Positions 1-9,258 of a DNA stretch of 64,000 nucleotides are shown here, piece after piece. The first letter of the stretch is position 1. Each line of letters opens with the position of its first letter. The DNA is from Actinomycetales bacterium. GTDB lineage: Bacteria > Actinomycetota > Actinomycetes > Actinomycetales > CAWJMD01. Position numbers and translations under genes: made by a program. Location: NCBI GenBank assembly GCA_047974565.1, contig JBKECN010000077.1, positions 9,723 to 73,722 on the forward strand. The letters run 5' to 3'. Under the pieces are notes generated by a model. The model did no database searches. It worked only from the letters and a program-made list of their open reading frames with translations, and was not told the DNA's origin.

Positions 1-764
1 ATGGCGTCCAGATAGACCGTGCCGGTGGCCGCGTAGAGCAGGGCGACGCCGAGCAGGGTGAGTCCGAAGGAGGCCACCGAGACCATCAGCAGCCGGGTCG
101 CGGCCAGGGCCGCGGTCGGTGTGCGGGCCGCCCCGACCAGGCCGATGACAGGTAGCGAGGCGGTCTCCAGCGCCACCACGAGGGTCAGCAGATCGCGGCT
201 GGCGATCACCGCCAGGGTTCCGGCGGTGGCCGCGAGCAGCAGCACCCAGAACTCGTGCCGGCTCAGGCTCGACTCCGCCACGACCGGGTCCTCGACGGCG
301 AGCAGGACGATCACCGCTGCGGCCACCAGGGTGATGAGTTGCAGCCCGGTCAGCACGCCGCCGGAGGCGAAACTGCAGCCTCCCGCGGTACAGAAAGTCT
401 GGGTGGGTGCGGCCCGCAGCGCCGGCAGCAGGGAGATCGCCGCCAGCGCCAGGCCGGCCAGGGTGACCCCGTCCAACAGTCGGTTCCGGCCCCGGCGCTC
501 GTGAGGATCGATGCCGCGGCCTGGGCGGGCGCCGTCCAGTGTGCCGGGCAGGATCGATCCGGTCTCCGCCGGCGAGGGGCCACCGGTGGTGCGGGTGGCG
601 CTCAGCGCTGCTGTTGCCGGTGCCGGACGTGACGTCGCGCGGTCGGGCCCGGCGGGGTTCGCGCGGGCCGGCAGCAGCGCCTGGAGCAGCAGCACCGCGA
701 GCGCGGTGGCGCAGGTGAGTGCCACCGGGGCGATGGCCAGCCAGTCGACCGATTGGACGCTCAT
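1..764 (-). CDS. nuoN: NADH-quinone oxidoreductase subunit N, N-terminal part (gene continues past the window start)
   Basis: Minus-strand frame is open from the window edge to ATG 764-762. N-terminus reads MSVQSVDWLAIAPVALTCATALAVLLLQALL..., hydrophobic and antiporter-like. The ATG lies 3 nt after the nuoM stop (769-767), in the operon position expected after nuoM. Confidence 0.75.
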   Translation of the reverse strand, partial: MSVQSVDWLAIAPVALTCATALAVLLLQALLPARANPAGPDRATSRPAPATAALSATRTTGGPSPAETGSILPGTLDGARPGRGIDPHERRGRNRLLDGVTLAGLALAAISLLPALRAAPTQTFCTAGGCSFASGGVLTGLQLITLVAAAVIVLLAVEDPVVAESSLSRHEFWVLLLAATAGTLAVIASRDLLTLVVALETASLPVIGLVGAARTPTAALAATRLLMVSVASFGLTLLGVALLYAATGTVYLDA

Positions 765-766
765 GC

Positions 767-2560
767 TCAGCCCACCCCCAGCAGGGCGCGCACCGCCGGG
801 CCGGTCAGGGCGAGCAGCGTCCCTGGGGCCACCCCGAAGCCGACGATGAAGAACACCAGGGGGGCCACCACGCCCACCTCGATGCCGGTCAGGTCCTGGG
901 CCGCCGAGTCCGGCTCCGCGTCCGAGTGGATGGACGGAGCGGGCGGCGCGGCCGTCGACGAAGCCTTGGCGGCTCCGGGCGGATGCGGCGCCGACGCAAC
1001 GGCCGCCGGGCCGACGGCGGCTCCTACGGGCACCCCGGCTGCCGGGTCGGTGTCTTGGGGCTGACTGGCGTCCTGGGGCTGGGGGGCGGCGTCTTGGGGC
1101 TGACTGGCGTCTGGGGGTGACCACACCAGGGTCGGCGAGGGTCCCTGCCAGATGAGGTACAGCACCCGCAGCAGATAGGCACCGGCCAGCACCGTGCCCA
1201 GGGCCGCCAGGACCGACAGCACCGAGCCGATCCCGGCCAGGCGAGGTGAGTTCCAGGTGCCGATCAGGACGAGGATCTCGCCCCAGAAGCCCGCCAGGCC
1301 CGGCAATCCGAGGCCGGCCGCCGAACCGAGGGCGAGCGTCCAGCCCAGCCGGGGGTGGGAGTCCCGCAGACCCGCCGGCAGTGCCCGCAGGTCCGCACTC
1401 GCGCGAACCGTGGCGGCCAGGTGCCGGTGCTTGAGCATGCCCACCACCCAGAACAGCAGGGAACTGATCAGCCCGTGCGCGATGCCGACGAACAGGGCCC
1501 CCTGGATCGCCGCCGGGGTGCCTGCCGCCACCCCGAGGACGACGAATCCCATGTGGGCGACCGAGGAGAAGGCGATGAGCCGCTTGAGGTCAGGTTCGAC
1601 CAGGCACACCAATCCACCCCATAGGATGCCGGTCACTCCCAGCGCGGCCAGACCGACGGCCAGGGCCTGCACGCCCTCGGGGACGAAGCCGACGGCGATC
1701 CGCACCAGACCGTAGGACCCGAGTTTGAGCAGCACGCCGGCCAACAGCACCGACCCGACCGTGGGAGCGATGGTGTGGGCGGGCGGCAGCCAGGAGTGCA
1801 GCGGCCACATCGGCACCTTCACGCCCAGGCCGATGATGAGTAGCAGGGCGACGATCGCCTGGGTCGACAAGGGCAGGCGGGGACCGGCGGCGGCCACCGC
1901 CTCGAATCCGGTGCTGCCGACCGCACCGGCCAGCAGCAGCAGGCCGAGCAGCATGATCGCCGACCCGAGGGCGGTGTACAGCACGAAGGTGGTGGCTGCC
2001 CGGCGGCGTCGGACCTGCTGGGACTGTTGGTCGGTGGCGTCCGGGTCCCCGCCCCACCGTCCGATGAGCACCCACATCGGTGCCAGGACGGCCTCGAAGG
2101 CGATGAAGAAGACGATGAGGTCCCGGGCCGTGAAGGTCAGCAAGGCTGCCGAGTGAGTGGTGGCGAGCACCGCGACCAGGCCCGCGGACGGCGCCCGACG
2201 GCCGGTCTCGCCCGGCAGGGCGTCGTCCGCGCTGAACCACAGGTAGCAGCAGCCCAGCGTGGTGAGCAGGCTGGTCAGCAGCACCAGCGGCGCGGTGATG
2301 CCGTCCCAGCCGAAGTGCAGGCGAGGCCCCAGCGAACCCATCCAGGCGAGGTCGATGCTCGCCACGTCCGAGCCGCTGCGCCAGGGCACGGTCAGCGCGA
2401 GCAGGCCCAGTTCGAGGATCAGGGTGAGCAGGCTGGTGGTGAGCGCGGCGGCGATCGCCACGTCTGGCCGGCGGCGGCTGCATGCCGCGACCACCGCGCC
2501 CACTGGCGGCAGGGTGAGGACGGCGAGCAGCAGGAGGGTGCTCAGGACGGCGTCGCTCAT
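767..2560 (-). CDS. nuoM: NADH-quinone oxidoreductase subunit M, with a low-complexity insert before the last TM helix
   Basis: ORF 767..2623 trimmed to ATG 2560 (MSDAVLSTLLLLAVL...), which forms an ATGA overlap with the nuoL stop. Antiporter-like motifs are present (LHFGWDGITAPLVLLTSLL; WLPPAHTIAPTVGSVLLAGVLLKLGSYG). A repeat segment PQDAAPQPQDASQPQDTDP lies near the C-terminus. Confidence 0.9.
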   Translation of the reverse strand: MSDAVLSTLLLLAVLTLPPVGAVVAACSRRRPDVAIAAALTTSLLTLILELGLLALTVPWRSGSDVASIDLAWMGSLGPRLHFGWDGITAPLVLLTSLLTTLGCCYLWFSADDALPGETGRRAPSAGLVAVLATTHSAALLTFTARDLIVFFIAFEAVLAPMWVLIGRWGGDPDATDQQSQQVRRRRAATTFVLYTALGSAIMLLGLLLLAGAVGSTGFEAVAAAGPRLPLSTQAIVALLLIIGLGVKVPMWPLHSWLPPAHTIAPTVGSVLLAGVLLKLGSYGLVRIAVGFVPEGVQALAVGLAALGVTGILWGGLVCLVEPDLKRLIAFSSVAHMGFVVLGVAAGTPAAIQGALFVGIAHGLISSLLFWVVGMLKHRHLAATVRASADLRALPAGLRDSHPRLGWTLALGSAAGLGLPGLAGFWGEILVLIGTWNSPRLAGIGSVLSVLAALGTVLAGAYLLRVLYLIWQGPSPTLVWSPPDASQPQDAAPQPQDASQPQDTDPAAGVPVGAAVGPAAVASAPHPPGAAKASSTAAPPAPSIHSDAEPDSAAQDLTGIEVGVVAPLVFFIVGFGVAPGTLLALTGPAVRALLGVG

Positions 2561-5500
2561 CGCATCGCCCCCGCGAGGGTGAGGACCAGGATGCCCACCA
2601 GTACCGCGGCGGCCCCGACCCACGCCAGGTAGTCGCTGATCCTGCCGGATTGGAATCTGACCAACTGCCTGCCGAGACCGGCCAGCAGGCTGGGAGCGCT
2701 CACCCAGGTGCCGATCACGGCTTCGTCGCCGAGGGCGATGAGCCTGGCCAGTGCCCGGACCGGGCGTACCACGACGACCTGCTGCACGCGCTGGTAGCCG
2801 AAGCCTCCGGCAGCCACGGCGCGCAGGCCGTCGGGGAGCCGGGTCGCGACATCACGGTGTCCGGCCGGGCCGCGCAACAGGCCGATCGCCACCCCGGCCA
2901 CCGCCAGCACGATCCCGACCAGCGAGGTGAGCCAACCGATCTGATAGCCCTGCAGACCCGGGGCGACGAAGGCCAGGGCTCCCCCGGCGACCGTGAGGAC
3001 GGCCAGCAGGACCAGGGGTCCCAGGATCGAGCCGCCGACCGCCGGCCCCGGGACCGGGGCTGGTGGAGGCAGTGGCGGCACCGGCGGCTTCGGGGGTCGT
3101 TCGGCGCGGGTCGGGGCCGGCCGCGAGGTAGCTGACTGCGGGGTAGCTGAGTGCGGGGTAGCTGAGTGCGGGGTACCTGATGGCACGGCCCCGGGGGCCG
3201 GAGCGGGCTGGGCGGCCCCAGCCGAGAGGCGGACCGGGGAACCTGCGGAGCCGGTGGTCGGAGAGCCGGTTGCCGGAGGACTGCCGGAGCCGGTGGCCGG
3301 GAGGCCGGTTGCCGGAGAACTGCCTGCGCCGGGGGCCGGCGCGCCGCGGTCGCCGATGGGCTGGGTTGACCCGGGGGCTGCGTACTCGGCGCGACCCGTG
3401 GCGGCGCCGTCATCGGGCGTGCCCGCGCCGGGTTCCGGGAGGCGTCGCTGCCCGGCGACCGCTCGAGCCAGTCGGTTGGGCAGGCCTCGTGGCCCCGGTC
3501 GCTCCTGGCTTGTCGCCGGCCCGCTTTGGGTGCCCGCTGCGGCCCCAGCACCCGGCCGGTCGGCTGCCGGGGAATCGAGCCGGTCCGTGCGGTGGCCGGG
3601 AGCACTCCCGGTGGGCGTGTTGTCGCGGGACTGACCCGCTGCCGGGTCCGGGGATTGGTCGGGCGACGGGTCGGACACCCGGGAGACCAGCCGGGAGTGC
3701 GGACGCGAGGCATCGAGCGGACGGGTCGTCCAGGTCTGGGGCCGGTCGTGGCCGAGGGCCTCGGTGGGTTGGTTGCGAGGGTCCGGCTGGGACTGGCCCG
3801 GTTGAGGCGAGCCCTCAGACGGGGTGGCGGGCTGGGCCATCGGCGGTCGGACGGCACCGGGCCGAGCGACTCCCTGGCCCGCGGCGCCGGGTTCCTGCTG
3901 CTGTTCGTGCTCTGCGGCGTCGTGTTCGCGTCGCCACCGGCGTCCGGCGAGCCGTCGGGAGTGCGCATCCTCGTGGCCCGACTCCACCCGCCGACGCGCC
4001 TCCTGCCGCTCGTATTCGCGCTTGGCGCGGCCCTCGGCGCTCCACCGCGGCGGCCTGGCGGTGTCCAGGTGTGCGATCAGGTCCCAGTCCTGCACGTCGC
4101 CGTGCGAGTCGACGAAGGTCAGCGTCTCGTCCGGGGTCGAGTCGGCAGCCGGAGCCGGCGGCGGAGCGAATTGCGGCCCACGCCTCTCGGCGGAATCGCC
4201 TGTACCAGAATCACTTTCGACGTCAACCGGACCCACTGAGGCGCCTGCAGGAGCGTCGATCGGGCCTACCGTGGCGCGGTCGGCTCCGCCCGGGAGGGCT
4301 GCTGAGCCCTGCCCGCCGAGAGTCTCGGTGTGACCGGGGGCGTCGGTGTCGGTGCCGTCACCGGTTTCCGCCTGGCCGATGGTGCCCGCAGACCGCGTCG
4401 GCGGCGATGGTGAAGCTGGCGGCGCTGGTGAAGATGACTGTGCGTTGTCGGTCGGCTGCTGGGCCTCGATGCTGTCGTCGGCGAGGTAGCGAACCGGCTC
4501 GCCCGGGCCGTCCTGTGCCACGGCACCGGCGCTGTCCGCAAGGGCTGCTTGGGCCGCAGCGCCGCCGGCCGGGGCCACCGCCACCGCGTCCTGGGCGTGC
4601 GGGCCACCCGAGGAGGCCCCCGGAACTGCCTGCCGGGCGGGGGCAAGCCCAACCGGCTTGGTCAGGTCCAGCCTGGTGAGGGCACCGAACAGCCGTCCGG
4701 AGTAGGTGGCGGTGAGCAGCGTGGTGAGCCCGAGGCTGACCAGCACCGCCAGGGCCAACCACCCTGGCAGCAGGCTCTCGCCGTCCGAATACGCGTGGTG
4801 CGCGGCGGTGAGCACGCCTTCCTTGCCGACGAAACCGGCCAGCGGCGGCAGGGCAGCGAGCCCGGCGAGGCCGATTCCCAGCAGCACCGTCAGGCGCGGT
4901 TCACGACGTCGCAGGTCTGCCAGGCCGGCCAGTTTCGTCGTGCCGAAACGCACCGAGATGGCACCCGCGGTGAGGAAGAGCAGCGCCTTGAAGGCGGCGT
5001 GGGCGAGCATGAGCATGATCGCGGCCACCGGCCCCGCGGTCCCGCCCAGGGCGAGGGCGGCGAGCATCACCGCGATCTGGCTCACCGTCGACCAGGCCAG
5101 CACCCGTTTGAGGTCGTCTGCGCACAGTGCGGCCAGTCCCGCGGCCAGCATCGAGACACAGGCGATGACGCCCAGCAGGCTCATCGCCACCGGCGCCGCG
5201 CTCAGCAGCGCACCGAGCCGGAAGAGCACCACCACACCCGCGGCCACCATCGTCGCGGCGTGAATCAGGGCGCTCACCGGGGTGGGGCCTTCCATCGCGT
5301 CCGGCAACCAACCCTGCAACGGGAACTGCGCCGACTTTCCAGCCACCGCGATGACCAGACCCAGCGCGGCCACCGTGACTGCGACGGGGTTCGGGCCCGG
5401 CGCGGCCTGGCCCGGTTCGAGCGCGGAGAGCAGCGCGGGGATGTTGGTCGTCCCGACGGCCTGGTAGGCGGCGAGTACGGCCACGATGAATCCCACGTCG

Positions 5501-6048
5501 GCCAGCCGGGTGACCAAGAAGGCCTGCAGGGCCGCGCGACGGGCAGCGGGACGCTCACTGTGATGCCCGATGAGCAGGTACGACGCGAATCCCATCACCT
5601 CCCAGCCCACCAGCATCAGCAGCAGGTCCTGGGCACCGACCACCAGCAGCATCGCGGCGCTGAACAGTGAGACGGTCGCGGCGTACGGGGCGTACCGCAG
5701 CGGGCCGGTGTCGCCGTGATGGGGCACCAGGTACCCCACGGAGTACACCTGCACGCACAACGCGACGACCGCGACGGCCACCACGACCAGACTGGTGGTC
5801 GGATCGAGGTCGTAGCCGAGGGTGAGGGTCTGCGACCCCACATCGAGCCGACCCAGGGTGACCGGTTCGCAGGCCTGCGACCAGCACGATCCGGCCAGCC
5901 CGAGCGCAGCAGCCAGGCTCACGATCCCGCCGGTCACGGCGATGCCGGCCGCGGCACCCCGGTGCCGACGACCCACCGGCAAGCCCACGGCTGCGGCCAG
6001 CACCGGCGCGAGCACCAGGGCAAGGAGCAGAAGCTGTGCAGTGCTCAT
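2557..6048 (-). CDS. nuoL: NADH-quinone oxidoreductase subunit L with an internal low-complexity insertion of about 500 aa
   Basis: Single 1163-aa ORF. Residues 1 to about 470 are NuoL-like (GWEVMGFASYLLIGH; WLPDAMEGPTPVSALIHAATMVAAG). The last ~180 aa look like the TM15, lateral helix and last TM region (GFGYQRVQQVVVVRPVRALARLIALGDEAV...YLAWVGAAAVLVGILVL). ATGA overlaps occur at both gene ends. Confidence 0.9.
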   Translation of the reverse strand: MSTAQLLLLALVLAPVLAAAVGLPVGRRHRGAAAGIAVTGGIVSLAAALGLAGSCWSQACEPVTLGRLDVGSQTLTLGYDLDPTTSLVVVAVAVVALCVQVYSVGYLVPHHGDTGPLRYAPYAATVSLFSAAMLLVVGAQDLLLMLVGWEVMGFASYLLIGHHSERPAARRAALQAFLVTRLADVGFIVAVLAAYQAVGTTNIPALLSALEPGQAAPGPNPVAVTVAALGLVIAVAGKSAQFPLQGWLPDAMEGPTPVSALIHAATMVAAGVVVLFRLGALLSAAPVAMSLLGVIACVSMLAAGLAALCADDLKRVLAWSTVSQIAVMLAALALGGTAGPVAAIMLMLAHAAFKALLFLTAGAISVRFGTTKLAGLADLRRREPRLTVLLGIGLAGLAALPPLAGFVGKEGVLTAAHHAYSDGESLLPGWLALAVLVSLGLTTLLTATYSGRLFGALTRLDLTKPVGLAPARQAVPGASSGGPHAQDAVAVAPAGGAAAQAALADSAGAVAQDGPGEPVRYLADDSIEAQQPTDNAQSSSPAPPASPSPPTRSAGTIGQAETGDGTDTDAPGHTETLGGQGSAALPGGADRATVGPIDAPAGASVGPVDVESDSGTGDSAERRGPQFAPPPAPAADSTPDETLTFVDSHGDVQDWDLIAHLDTARPPRWSAEGRAKREYERQEARRRVESGHEDAHSRRLAGRRWRREHDAAEHEQQQEPGAAGQGVARPGAVRPPMAQPATPSEGSPQPGQSQPDPRNQPTEALGHDRPQTWTTRPLDASRPHSRLVSRVSDPSPDQSPDPAAGQSRDNTPTGSAPGHRTDRLDSPAADRPGAGAAAGTQSGPATSQERPGPRGLPNRLARAVAGQRRLPEPGAGTPDDGAATGRAEYAAPGSTQPIGDRGAPAPGAGSSPATGLPATGSGSPPATGSPTTGSAGSPVRLSAGAAQPAPAPGAVPSGTPHSATPHSATPQSATSRPAPTRAERPPKPPVPPLPPPAPVPGPAVGGSILGPLVLLAVLTVAGGALAFVAPGLQGYQIGWLTSLVGIVLAVAGVAIGLLRGPAGHRDVATRLPDGLRAVAAGGFGYQRVQQVVVVRPVRALARLIALGDEAVIGTWVSAPSLLAGLGRQLVRFQSGRISDYLAWVGAAAVLVGILVLTLAGAMR
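3128..3180. repeat. 15-bp tandem repeat (gtagctga[c/g]tgcggg, 3 copies plus a partial one) inside the nuoL insert
   Basis: Read directly: gtagctgactgcggg gtagctgagtgcggg gtagctgagtgcggg gtacctga. It encodes HSATPHSATPQSATS on the minus strand. Confidence 0.85.
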
Positions 6049-6437
6049 CGCCGACGAGTCCCGATCCGGTCGGCCGCGGGGACGCTCGGCGACCGCTGGT
6101 CGGCGTCGGCCGAACCTGGGTCGGCCACGGTCGCGGTCTCGGTGAGGTCGATGCTCGAGCGGGTCCGGAAGAGCAGCAGCACGACCGCGAGGGCGAGGCC
6201 GACCTCAGCGGCGGCCACGGTGATCGCGAAGAGGGCGCCGACCTGCCCACTGAGCAGCCCACCGCCGAGTCCGGTGGCTGCGGCCCTGGCGTCGCCGACG
6301 ATGAGGACGAGGACGGCGGCGTTGACGAGCAACTCGGCGCCGACGAGCACCATGATCGCGTTGCGGCGCACCAGAATGCCGAACACCCCGACCCCGGCCA
6401 GCAGCGCCGCCAACACACTCGGCCACACCAGACTCAC
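6045..6437 (-). CDS. nuoK: NADH-quinone oxidoreductase subunit K
   Basis: Long ORF 6045..7526 trimmed to GTG 6437, which forms a GTGA overlap with the nuoJ stop. Sequence [47 protein letters not shown]... is NuoK-like. The stop overlaps the nuoL ATG (ATGA). There is a C-terminal tail of about 30 aa. Confidence 0.85.
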   Translation of the reverse strand: MSLVWPSVLAALLAGVGVFGILVRRNAIMVLVGAELLVNAAVLVLIVGDARAAATGLGGGLLSGQVGALFAITVAAAEVGLALAVVLLLFRTRSSIDLTETATVADPGSADADQRSPSVPAADRIGTRRR

Positions 6438-6982
6438 GCCACGCCCTCCCCCGGCTGGCCCTCCTCGCCGGCACTCGCGCCGGTGGCCCGCGGTCGACTC
6501 AAGGACACCGCGGCGACGAGGGCCGCGAGCAACAGGATGGAGATCAACTCGAAGGGCAGCACCCACGAGGTGAAGACGGCCGCGCCGATGGCGGTCGGTC
6601 CGCCGTGGGCGCCCAGCCCCGGCACCCGCATCGGCTCGAGGCCCAGGAGGGCGAAGAGGACGAGAGCCGAGACCCCGGCGGCCACCACCGCGGACAGCAC
6701 GACGCGGGGACCGCGCAAGCTCAGGTCGGACGATGGGGTGATCGGCGCCCGGGTCAGCATCAGCGCGAAGAGCAAGAGCACGACGACGGCGCCCACGTAG
6801 ACCAGCAACTGCACCAGACCGACCACCTCGGCACCCATGGCGAGGTAGAAGGCCGCCAGCGAACCAAGGCTGACCACCAGCCACAACGCTGCGTGCACCA
6901 CCTGGCGGGAGAGCACCGCAGCCAAGGCACTGAGCAGGGCCAGCCCGCCCACTCCGGCCAGGAGGATGTCGAGTCCGGTCAT
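6434..6982 (-). CDS. nuoJ: NADH-quinone oxidoreductase subunit J
   Basis: 182-aa ORF reading [76 protein letters not shown], NuoJ-like. It sits between nuoI and nuoK with overlapping stop/start codons. Confidence 0.85.
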   Translation of the reverse strand: MTGLDILLAGVGGLALLSALAAVLSRQVVHAALWLVVSLGSLAAFYLAMGAEVVGLVQLLVYVGAVVVLLLFALMLTRAPITPSSDLSLRGPRVVLSAVVAAGVSALVLFALLGLEPMRVPGLGAHGGPTAIGAAVFTSWVLPFELISILLLAALVAAVSLSRPRATGASAGEEGQPGEGVA

Positions 6983-7980
6983 GACGAGCCTCCCTCCGGT
7001 GAACTCGCCTCGGTCGAGCCGGCCTCGGTCGAGCTGGCCTGGACGTCCAGGTTCCGCAGTGAGGCATCCACGGCGTCCCCGGCCGCAACCTCCCCGTCCG
7101 CGACGGTGCGTCCACCCCCGGCAGGGCGATCGCGCCCACCCGAACGCTCGCGCGCGGCCGGGCCGCCAACTGCTCCCGGGCCTTGGCCGGGGGCCGGACG
7201 CTCAGCGCGGTGAGGACGTTCACCGCGGGCCACAGGCTCGCCACCGACTTGGCGCTCACCACCAGCAGCACGCTCACCACGGGCTGGGCGCTCACCACCA
7301 GCAGCACGCTCACCACGGGCCGGACGCTCACCACGGGCCGGACGTTCAGGGCGCGCTCGCACCGGCCGCTCGCCGGCCCCGGCCTTGCCGTCGCCACCCG
7401 CGGCAGGCCGGGCGGCCCTGGGCGGCCGGGTGGGCGGCGCCAGTTCCTTGGCCTCGGGCGCACCGGGATCGAGCGCGGGCGGGGGCGGCACCGTCCACAT
7501 CCACTCCCGCAACTGATCCAGTTCATGGGTCAACGCCGCCACGTCGGTCGTGGAGTACTCGAACTGCGGGCTCCAGAAGAGCGCGTCGAACGGACACACC
7601 TCGATACAGATGCCGCAGTACATACAGAGCGAGAAGTCGATGGCGAACCGGTCCAGCACATTGCGCTGCCGGGCCCGGGCTGCCCCCTCGACCTGCACCG
7701 ACTCCTTGTGCGAGTCGATATAGATGCACCAGTCGGGGCACTCGCGGGCGCACAGCATGCACACGGTGCAGTTCTCCTCCAGCAGAGCGATCACTCCGCG
7801 GCTGCGTGGCGGCAGATCCGGTGCGTGGTCGGGATACTCGGCGGTCACCGTCTTGCGGGTCAGGGTCCGCAGGGTCACCGCCAAGCCGCGGGCCAGGCCG
7901 TCCAGTGCCTTACTCACCGCAGCCCCCTCCCCGCCCACCGCAGACCCCGGCCCGCCCACCGCGGGCCCCGGCCCACTCAC
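6979..7980 (-). CDS. nuoI: NADH-quinone oxidoreductase subunit I (2x[4Fe-4S] ferredoxin) with a repeat-rich C-terminal extension of about 150 aa
   Basis: Two CxxCxxCxxxCP motifs ([24 protein letters not shown]) and a PPRSRG motif. The C-terminus carries [26 protein letters not shown] repeats. The start is uncertain (ATG 7980 or an internal GTG near AAVSKAL). Confidence 0.85.
   Translation of the reverse strand: MSGPGPAVGGPGSAVGGEGAAVSKALDGLARGLAVTLRTLTRKTVTAEYPDHAPDLPPRSRGVIALLEENCTVCMLCARECPDWCIYIDSHKESVQVEGAARARQRNVLDRFAIDFSLCMYCGICIEVCPFDALFWSPQFEYSTTDVAALTHELDQLREWMWTVPPPPALDPGAPEAKELAPPTRPPRAARPAAGGDGKAGAGERPVRARPERPARGERPARGERAAGGERPARGERAAGGERQVGGEPVARGERPHRAERPAPGQGPGAVGGPAARERSGGRDRPAGGGRTVADGEVAAGDAVDASLRNLDVQASSTEAGSTEASSPEGGSS
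7253..7342. repeat. 18/36-bp tandem repeat within the nuoI 3' extension
   Basis: Two 36-nt units (cgctcaccaccagcagcacgctcaccacgggc[t/c]gg[g/a]) at 7253-7288 and 7289-7324, followed by an 18-nt partial unit. Read directly from the sequence. Confidence 0.85.
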
Positions 7981-8061
7981 CGCAGGCCGGTCCCCGACGA
8001 CCCGCAGCCGATCGACCGCGGGGACGAGCCACTCGTGGCTGAGCCATCAACGTCACGTCCA

Positions 8062-9021
8062 TCACCCCAGCGCCCAGACCACGACGGCGGTGAGCACCAG
8101 TTGCGCCAGCGCTACCGGAACGAGCACCAGCCAGGCCAACGACTGCAGCTGATCGGCACGCAGCCGCGGCCAGGCCACCCGGATCCACAGGATCACGAAG
8201 GCCACCAGCGCGCCCTTGAGCAGGGTCCACAGCCAGCCCAGCGCCTCGGAGAACGGCCCCGCCCAGCCGCCGAGGAAAAGCACCGCGAAGAGAGCGGAGA
8301 AGAGCACGATGCCGGCGTACTCGGCGAGCAGGAAGAAGGCGAACCGCAGTCCCCCGTACTCGGTGTACGGGCCGAGCACGAGTTCGGCGTCGGCGATCGG
8401 CATGTCGAAGGGCGGTCGCTGCAGTTCGGCCACCCCGGCGACCAGGAAGACGATCGCCGCAGGGGCCTGCCAGAACAACCACCACCAGTGCCAGCTCTCG
8501 GCGATGACGATGAGGTCCAGTGAGCCGGCCGCCATCGCCACCGAGGTGGCCGCCAGCACCAGCGGCAACTCATAACTGAGCAACTGCGCGGCCGTGCGCA
8601 GCCCCCCGAGCATCGAATACTTGTTCCCGCTGGCCCAGCCCCCCATGAGGGTGCCCAGCACCCCGACCGCCGAGGCCGCCAGCACGAAGAGCAACCCGGC
8701 GTCCAGGTGGGCGCCGACCACCAGCGGACTCAGCGGCACCGCCACCATGGCGACCAGGTAGGGCACCAGGGCCACCCCCGGGGCGAGCGCGAACACCGTC
8801 CGGTCAGCGGCCGCGGGGGTGACCGCCTCCTTCTGCAGGAACTTCACACCGTCCGCGACCAACTGGGCCCACCCATGGAAGCCACCGGCGTACATCGGTC
8901 CCAGGCGGCCCTGCATGTGCCCCATCACCTTGTGCTCCAACTGACCGACGAGCAGTGGCAGCACAAGGAAGGCCGCCAGCACGGCGACCGAGCGCAGCAA
9001 CACCTCCAGCCACAGGGGCAC
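8062..9021 (-). CDS. nuoH: NADH-quinone oxidoreductase subunit H
   Basis: 319-aa ORF reading MPLWLEVLLRSVAVLAAFLVLPLLVGQLEHKVMGHMQGRLGPMYAGGFHGWAQLVADGVKFLQKE..., a typical NuoH N-terminus, followed by a polytopic membrane protein. Confidence 0.9.
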   Translation of the reverse strand: MPLWLEVLLRSVAVLAAFLVLPLLVGQLEHKVMGHMQGRLGPMYAGGFHGWAQLVADGVKFLQKEAVTPAAADRTVFALAPGVALVPYLVAMVAVPLSPLVVGAHLDAGLLFVLAASAVGVLGTLMGGWASGNKYSMLGGLRTAAQLLSYELPLVLAATSVAMAAGSLDLIVIAESWHWWWLFWQAPAAIVFLVAGVAELQRPPFDMPIADAELVLGPYTEYGGLRFAFFLLAEYAGIVLFSALFAVLFLGGWAGPFSEALGWLWTLLKGALVAFVILWIRVAWPRLRADQLQSLAWLVLVPVALAQLVLTAVVVWALG

Positions 9022-9162
9022 GGGACGAGCCTAGCCAACTCGACCCAAAAGCCCGCGGGGTGGACCATCACGAAAGGTGGATCGCTCGCGAACTGCACGA
9101 ACCGGTAGACATCGCTGGCGGCCCGGAGGAACATGATCCCAGGAGACGCCTTCTTTGCGTGG

Positions 9163-9198
9163 TCTGTCTCGGTCTGTGCGGAATCTGTCTTGTCTGTC
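9163..9198 (+). promoter_or_regulatory. Four phased TCTGT(C/G) direct repeats in the nuoH / SBP divergent intergenic region (candidate regulator-binding array)
   Basis: TCTGTC at 9163, TCTGTG at 9173, TCTGTC at 9184 and TCTGTC at 9193, giving spacings of 10, 11 and 9 bp. The array lies 60-95 nt upstream of the SBP start at 9259. Confidence 0.35.
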
Positions 9199-9258
9199 GG
9201 GGTTCGCAGAGAGAACAGTGGGCCGCGCGAACGTCGGGATGCCTGACAGGAGGTCACG

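Noticed and set aside
2715-4679. Very long alternative-frame and antisense ORFs (417 aa at 2715..3968 minus; 499 aa at 3180..4679 plus; 237 aa at 3526..4239 plus) overlapping the nuoL insert.
   Set aside because: They have the R/P/G-rich composition typical of off-frame ORFs in high-GC DNA. The nuoL frame is continuous and bracketed on both sides by NuoL-like sequence, so these are treated as artefacts.
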